The notes under the pieces: generated by a model | Told to the model about the DNA's origin: nothing | The model's input: only the letters and a program-made list of their open reading frames with translations | Databases searched by the model: none | In this document: piece after piece, positions 36,210 to 41,508 of the stretch | Layout: the number at the start of each line of letters is the position of its first letter | How positions within the stretch are numbered: position 1 is the stretch's first letter | Source: an uncultured Candidatus Peribacteria bacterium | Lineage (GTDB): Bacteria > Patescibacteriota > Gracilibacteria > Peribacterales > Peribacteraceae | NCBI GenBank assembly: GCA_964434585.1 | Contig: CAYSVN010000003.1 | Location: 1 to 41,508, forward strand | Direction: 5' to 3' | Length of the DNA stretch: 41,508 nt | Made by a program: the position numbers and the translations under genes

Positions 36210-38504
36210 CTAACAACTTGTTGCGTTTTCGACTTCTGTACAGGTGTCATTACCATTACCACCGTTGGCAGTATCGATATCATCACCACCATTAATAACG
36301 TCTTTTCCATTTCCTCCACTAATATTATCATCGCCAGCTCCTCCGTAGAGCTTATCTTTACCATTGTCTCCTGTAATAGTGTCGTTTCCATCTTCACCAT
36401 AAATTACATCCTTACCATTACCTCCTCCGCCAGTAAGATCATCATCACCTCCTCCGGCACAAATAGTATCGTGTCCATTACCTCCATCAATAATATCTAC
36501 ACCACTTGTACCAACAATCACATCTGAATCATTACCACCAAGCAGAGTTCCTGCGTATACAGAACCATTATCTGGTCCGCCATAGATAAGTCCATCTAGC
36601 CCCACAAAGATTGTTGCGTCTTCTCCATCACAAGTTGGCGTTGGCCCAGGGTTAGCTGCAACAGAAGAGCTGCTTGAGCTAGATGATGCAGGAGGAGGAT
36701 CTACCCCTGCTTCGTTCGAACAGTTGTCTACATCTGGCGTATCTTCTTCTGCAAAAGAAACTAGTAATACAAGGTCCTGGAAGTCTGTATAATAACTACT
36801 TAAGTTTGTAGTACCAAGCTCAAAGAAGTAAATGGTTTGATTATCAGCAAGTACAACTTTTCCGGTATCAAGATCAATATAATCTTCTATAAAAGCTACC
36901 ATCGAAGACTGATTTTCAAACCCATCAAGACTTGGTGCGTCATCACCATTTTTAAACAGTTTAATGTTAGCTGAGTTTGTAGCGGAGTCTCTTTCTAAGT
37001 GTGTTTTCCAATGACTTGATTGATTACCACTGTAAGAAGAGCTTTTCTTGGTCCATGACTTTGCTTTTACTGTAAGGTTTGTATCGCTTGCGAAGTTTTG
37101 GAATGGTTCAAATTCACGTGGATTACTATTGTCGTTAACGTTTGCGGTTACCGCATTAGCGTAAGCTCCAAATGGTTCAAATGTTTGATTACCAATTGTG
37201 ACCTGTAGTGTAACAGGCATGTCGTAACTACTACCACCACCGGTTTCTATAGCAGCTCCTAGAACAGTCACCTTAGCTTTAAACTCTTCTTCAACCTCTA
37301 CCGCGCCTCCATTAATAGTAAAGTCAACATCACAGTTTTCTGGAGGTCCTTCTACTTCTGGGTGGCTAATTGGCCTAGATGTTCCAACACAAACTCCTTC
37401 AGGAGAACAAGTTCTTGCCCCATCACACTGACAGTCTGGATTAGTAATATTTGGATCACACTGGAATGGGCCTTCTGAGTTTGTAGATTCATCTATACAA
37501 AGGTTGTATGAATTACAAGCAGCTGCTTGTTCGCAGTAAAGCGGTGGGTCAATACTTTCTTGGAAAGGCTTACAGAACTCAACTTCGTTGTAAGATTCAC
37601 AAGACTCTTCTTGCTCGGCTGCATAACAATTGTCCGAACCATTACCACCATTAAGTATATCACCTGTTCCACTCGACGTAAATTCGTCCGTGTGGCCATC
37701 AAGCTGATCTTCACCATTACCACCATCTAAGGTGTCATCACCACTACCACCACATAAAATGTCGTTACCATTTCCTCCATCAAGCTGATCGTTACCAGCA
37801 CCACCTAAAATATTATCGTTTCCGCTTCCACCATCGTCAATAAAGTCGTCACCGGCTAATCCACAAATGGTATCGTCTCCGTTTCCGCCATTAATTGTGT
37901 CATTTCCGCTGGTTCCAACAATAACGTCGTTACCGTTTGTACCAAGTAGCTGACCTGCATAATTATCACCATCAGAAGGCCCTCCAACAATTCTTCCTTT
38001 GTCATTTACGTAAATGGTTGCTTTTTTATCTGCACAACTAGGTGTTAAATCGTCTACATATGCAGCGTAGTTATTGGTAACGTTTGGAATAACTTGCGGT
38101 ACACCACTTTCATCTAAATAAACACTGTATCCTGATTTATTTTCGTCTGCACCTTCTATTTGTGGAAATTCATCTACTATTTTCCCTTCTAGTAAAGGAG
38201 CAATTTCAATACAGTTTGTAACATCTGTTGCGTCAGATGAACAGATGTCTACGGCATTACTAATTCCATTTGGAACTGGTTTGTCGAATGGAAAATCTCC
38301 TAAGTTTTCCCCTTCGCCAGCAGCGTATTGCACAATGGCACTTTCTAGACCTGCTGCGACTCTTGCCTGAGCAGAATTAACGGTATTATCAACCGTTCTT
38401 TGTGGTTTTAAGCTTGAAACTAAGGTTCCTCCCACTAATCCAATAATGGCAATAACAATTGCTATTTCGGTTAATGTAAAGGCTTTTTGCAGGTTTTTAA
38501 ACAT
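36210..38504 (-). CDS. Type IV pilin N-terminus fused to RTX-type Ca-binding repeats, a Cys-rich module and an extra globular domain
   Basis: MFKNLQKA|FTLTEIAIVIAIIG; two blocks of GGxGxDxI/L nonapeptides; CQCDGARTCS; start at 38504. Confidence 0.88.
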   Translation of the reverse strand: MFKNLQKAFTLTEIAIVIAIIGLVGGTLVSSLKPQRTVDNTVNSAQARVAAGLESAIVQYAAGEGENLGDFPFDKPVPNGISNAVDICSSDATDVTNCIEIAPLLEGKIVDEFPQIEGADENKSGYSVYLDESGVPQVIPNVTNNYAAYVDDLTPSCADKKATIYVNDKGRIVGGPSDGDNYAGQLLGTNGNDVIVGTSGNDTINGGNGDDTICGLAGDDFIDDGGSGNDNILGGAGNDQLDGGNGNDILCGGSGDDTLDGGNGEDQLDGHTDEFTSSGTGDILNGGNGSDNCYAAEQEESCESYNEVEFCKPFQESIDPPLYCEQAAACNSYNLCIDESTNSEGPFQCDPNITNPDCQCDGARTCSPEGVCVGTSRPISHPEVEGPPENCDVDFTINGGAVEVEEEFKAKVTVLGAAIETGGGSSYDMPVTLQVTIGNQTFEPFGAYANAVTANVNDNSNPREFEPFQNFASDTNLTVKAKSWTKKSSSYSGNQSSHWKTHLERDSATNSANIKLFKNGDDAPSLDGFENQSSMVAFIEDYIDLDTGKVVLADNQTIYFFELGTTNLSSYYTDFQDLVLLVSFAEEDTPDVDNCSNEAGVDPPPASSSSSSSSVAANPGPTPTCDGEDATIFVGLDGLIYGGPDNGSVYAGTLLGGNDSDVIVGTSGVDIIDGGNGHDTICAGGGDDDLTGGGGNGKDVIYGEDGNDTITGDNGKDKLYGGAGDDNISGGNGKDVINGGDDIDTANGGNGNDTCTEVENATSC

Positions 38505-38646
38505 AATGCAGGGGAAATTAATATATTGTATATAAATTGTATTCAATAATATGTCGTCTTGCAAACAGAACGACTAATCCTTGCTTGCCTGCATGTTTAT
38601 TATGTTAGGTAATGGCCTTTTTTTAACATGTAACTATTTACTACTG

Positions 38647-40302
38647 TTAACAGCTGGTAGGTACTTCGATACTTATACAGGTATCTTTGCTATTGCCGCC
38701 ATTAGCTGTATCTGTACCAGCACCGCCATTAATAATGTCTTTACCGTTACCGCCATTAATTTCGTCGTCACCATCGTCGCCGTTTAAGACATCTGCACCA
38801 TTATCTCCGCTAATGGTATCATTTCCGCTTCCACCAAACATGGTATCTACATCGTTTCCTCCTCCTCCTGTCATAATATCATTACCTTCGCCTCCACAAA
38901 TAGTATCAGCCTTATCGCCGCCATCAATAATATCATCTCCACTTGTACCGACAATAACATCGGGGCCATTTCCTCCGTTAAGTGTACCAACGTAGGTGGC
39001 GCCATTGTTTGGGCCCCCAATAATACTGTTTGTAATACTGTCTACATAAATAGTGGCAACTAAACCATTGCAAGTAGGAGCAGTGCTAATAGAACTTATA
39101 CTGCTAGAGCTAGAGCTAAGACTGATAGAACTGGAGGAACTAGAGGAGCTCGTAACCTCTGGATAAGCATCTGGTCGCGATAAACCTTCACAAAAACCGG
39201 CAGCTGAACAGGTTCTTGCTCCGTCACACTGGCAGTCAGAATTTGTGACGCTGGGATCACATAAATAAGAACCCTGTGGATTAATAAGCTCGTCTGCGCA
39301 ATGGCTAAAGTCTGTGCAGTTTGCTGTCTCATTACAATATAGTGGAACACTGTCACTTTCTTGGAATGGCATACAAAATACCACTTCTGTATTTAGTTCA
39401 CATGCCTCTTCTGTTTCACCATTGTAGCAATTGTCATTGTTACCATTTCCTCCATTTAACACATCACCACTGCTACCAAAAACTGCATTATCAGTATAGC
39501 CATCTAGTTCGTCGGTTCCCTTCCCTCCGTCTAGCGTATCATCCCCACTTCCTCCGCAAAGAATATCGTTTCCATTACCACCATCTAAAATATCGTTACC
39601 AGCACCACCTAACATTACATCTTTTCCGTTACCGCCGTCGTCAATAATATCATTTCCGTTTCCTCCGCAAATAATATCGTTACCATTTCCGCCATTAATT
39701 ATGTCGTTACCATCGGTGCCCACAATAACATCATTACCGTTTGTACCAATTAACGTACCGGTAAAATCTGTACCATCTTGTGATCCGCCAATAATTTTAC
39801 CGTCTCGTACGTAAATGGTAGCTATTAAATCTGCACAAGTTGCTGTTGGTACGTTCTTATAAAATGTCCAACTATTAGTAAGGTGTGGAATAACGTTCGG
39901 TACTCCATTTATGCCTAAGTAAATACTATACCCCGAACGATTATCGCTAAGGTTATCAATACTTGGCAACTCTTTAATAACACTCCCCTCTAAATAATCA
40001 GCAAGTTCAATACAGTCTGAAGTGTCTGCTGCATCACGTGCGCAAATATCTACTGCATTGCTAATACCGGTTGGCACTGGTTTATCCACCGGCAGTACAC
40101 CAAGTGGGGCTGTTTGAGTTGTGTATTGTATCATTGCACTTTCAATACCTGACGCCACACGCCACCTTGCAGTGTTTATTGTGTTATTAATAACTAACCC
40201 AGGCCTAACATTATTAAGAATGGCCGCTAGCAATAAGCCTATAATCGTAATAACAATTGCAACTTCTATTAACGTAAAGGCTTTTAAGCGAAGAGATATC
40301 AT
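38647..40302 (-). CDS. Paralogous type IV pilin-RTX repeat fusion protein
   Basis: MISLRLKA|FTLIEVAIVITIIG; two GGNGND-type repeat blocks; CQCDGARTCS; poly-Ser linker. Confidence 0.88.
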   Translation of the reverse strand: MISLRLKAFTLIEVAIVITIIGLLLAAILNNVRPGLVINNTINTARWRVASGIESAMIQYTTQTAPLGVLPVDKPVPTGISNAVDICARDAADTSDCIELADYLEGSVIKELPSIDNLSDNRSGYSIYLGINGVPNVIPHLTNSWTFYKNVPTATCADLIATIYVRDGKIIGGSQDGTDFTGTLIGTNGNDVIVGTDGNDIINGGNGNDIICGGNGNDIIDDGGNGKDVMLGGAGNDILDGGNGNDILCGGSGDDTLDGGKGTDELDGYTDNAVFGSSGDVLNGGNGNNDNCYNGETEEACELNTEVVFCMPFQESDSVPLYCNETANCTDFSHCADELINPQGSYLCDPSVTNSDCQCDGARTCSAAGFCEGLSRPDAYPEVTSSSSSSSSISLSSSSSSISSISTAPTCNGLVATIYVDSITNSIIGGPNNGATYVGTLNGGNGPDVIVGTSGDDIIDGGDKADTICGGEGNDIMTGGGGNDVDTMFGGSGNDTISGDNGADVLNGDDGDDEINGGNGKDIINGGAGTDTANGGNSKDTCISIEVPTSC

Positions 40303-40327
40303 AGTGTGAAGCGAGATACACTCAGAA

Positions 40328-41508
40328 TTATAGCTCTAAAGAATGCGCATCGCTAATACTTTGAGTATACTGAGCAATTTTAGGATCTCTTTGGTTGTAT
40401 TTCATCCCTTGCGTAATAATGTACGCTAAATGATTTCTACTTACTGGTTCTGCTAACTTCATAGGGACAACATTAAATATATTTTTTTGCTTTGCGTCAG
40501 CAAAATAAGGATGATACCAAACGTCGGCCTCTGCATCTTCTGCAATATCTGCTGCTCTCCATGTTAGTGTAATAAGTTCTAGCAGTGTTACGTCTTGTAG
40601 CGGCCTTACAAGCCCGTCTTGATACCCAGAAATAATATCATTGCTGTACGCTGTATAAAAAACGCGTGTCATATAATCATATAACTTGTTATCTGAATAA
40701 GCTATAAATGGTAAATCTTTAAATGGGGAGACTGCATTTGCAGGAATGGTGGATACGACGGTAATACAATTACTTGCCAACGCTGTTTTTACTGCTTCAA
40801 AACGAGAGGAATTTCTTTGTGAAGCGTAAGATCTTTCTCCTTTTATTGTTTCCCCATTACTGTGAACATTCATGCCTGAAACAATAAATTGGTTACTGGC
40901 GGTAATTTTTGTATTTTTTAAAAACATTGTTTCTGTATAATGAGGTGTTGTTTCTACAACGTCTGTAAAAATAACTGCGCGATTTTGCTGGTATGCTAAA
41001 CATGATTCATCAGCATTATTACCAGGCTTAGGGTTGACAGAGTTTGTAGATGATGCGCTACTAACACTTGCTACGCTACTTACTGAAGAGCTAGAGTTAT
41101 TAAAGGCGTGTGTTCCTCTGCCTCCGCCTCCTCCACTGCTACCAGTGCCTCCACCGGTTCCTAATACTACTTCATTTGATTGTGGTGTTACCGCAGGCGC
41201 AATTGCCCCTGTAAATGAGCCTGGACTACTAAGCGACTGACTAGGTTGCGTTGTGACTGCTGCAGTATTTGCATAACTACTACCTGCAGAACCAGCAGGA
41301 ACGTCGACTTCTATTGTAAGGACTTCTGACTCCCCCGGTGCAATGTCTCCTACTGTCCAAACTACTGTACCTGGTGTTCTGACATCATCAACTGAACCAC
41401 CTGTACCACTGCCAGTATAAGTATATGTATGCCCACTATATGTTAATGGTGATAATTCTGCATTAATTATATCTGTTACTTCTATACCGGTAGCAGTTAA
41501 TGTAGCAC
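40328..41508 (-). CDS. 3' part of another DUF11 + Gly linker + SLH surface protein (5' end outside the window)
   Basis: The frame of the listed 199-aa ORF is open to the window edge and reads ..VTDII..VVWTVGDIAPGESEVLTI..YANTAAV..VVLGTGGGTGSSGGGGGRG..FTDV..IISGYQDG.VRP. Confidence 0.85.
   Translation of the reverse strand, partial: ATLTATGIEVTDIINAELSPLTYSGHTYTYTGSGTGGSVDDVRTPGTVVWTVGDIAPGESEVLTIEVDVPAGSAGSSYANTAAVTTQPSQSLSSPGSFTGAIAPAVTPQSNEVVLGTGGGTGSSGGGGGRGTHAFNNSSSSVSSVASVSSASSTNSVNPKPGNNADESCLAYQQNRAVIFTDVVETTPHYTETMFLKNTKITASNQFIVSGMNVHSNGETIKGERSYASQRNSSRFEAVKTALASNCITVVSTIPANAVSPFKDLPFIAYSDNKLYDYMTRVFYTAYSNDIISGYQDGLVRPLQDVTLLELITLTWRAADIAEDAEADVWYHPYFADAKQKNIFNVVPMKLAEPVSRNHLAYIITQGMKYNQRDPKIAQYTQSISDAHSLEL

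Noticed and set aside
36210-40302. RTX toxin / type I secretion locus
   Set aside because: No pore-forming domain or ABC/MFP genes, and the proteins start with prepilin signals.

Overview
AT-rich bacterial DNA, most likely from a Patescibacteria (CPR) lineage such as Peribacteria/Peregrinibacteria. This assignment is inferred from the SLH-domain style, giant surface proteins, CPR-type pilins and lack of Shine-Dalgarno motifs; the standard code reads cleanly. Housekeeping genes are gyrB, mscL, rpiB, trxA, an AlaX-type editing protein and tRNA-Ala(TGC). A Crp/Fnr regulator sits beside a redox cluster with matching GTA-N8-TAC boxes. About 25 kb encodes surface structures: four giant secreted proteins sharing a Gly-rich 'SSGGGG(G)R' linker before C-terminal SLH domains, and three pilin-like genes, two fused to RTX-type Ca-binding repeats. 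The standout is the 2971-aa DUF11-repeat protein, which carries an internal LPKTG motif, then SLH domains, then its own C-terminal sortase domain (His/Cys/Arg intact): a candidate self-processing adhesin. Small nucleases (DUF559, GIY-YIG) lie next to REP-like palindromes, and a possible structured RNA precedes the 2372-aa surface gene.
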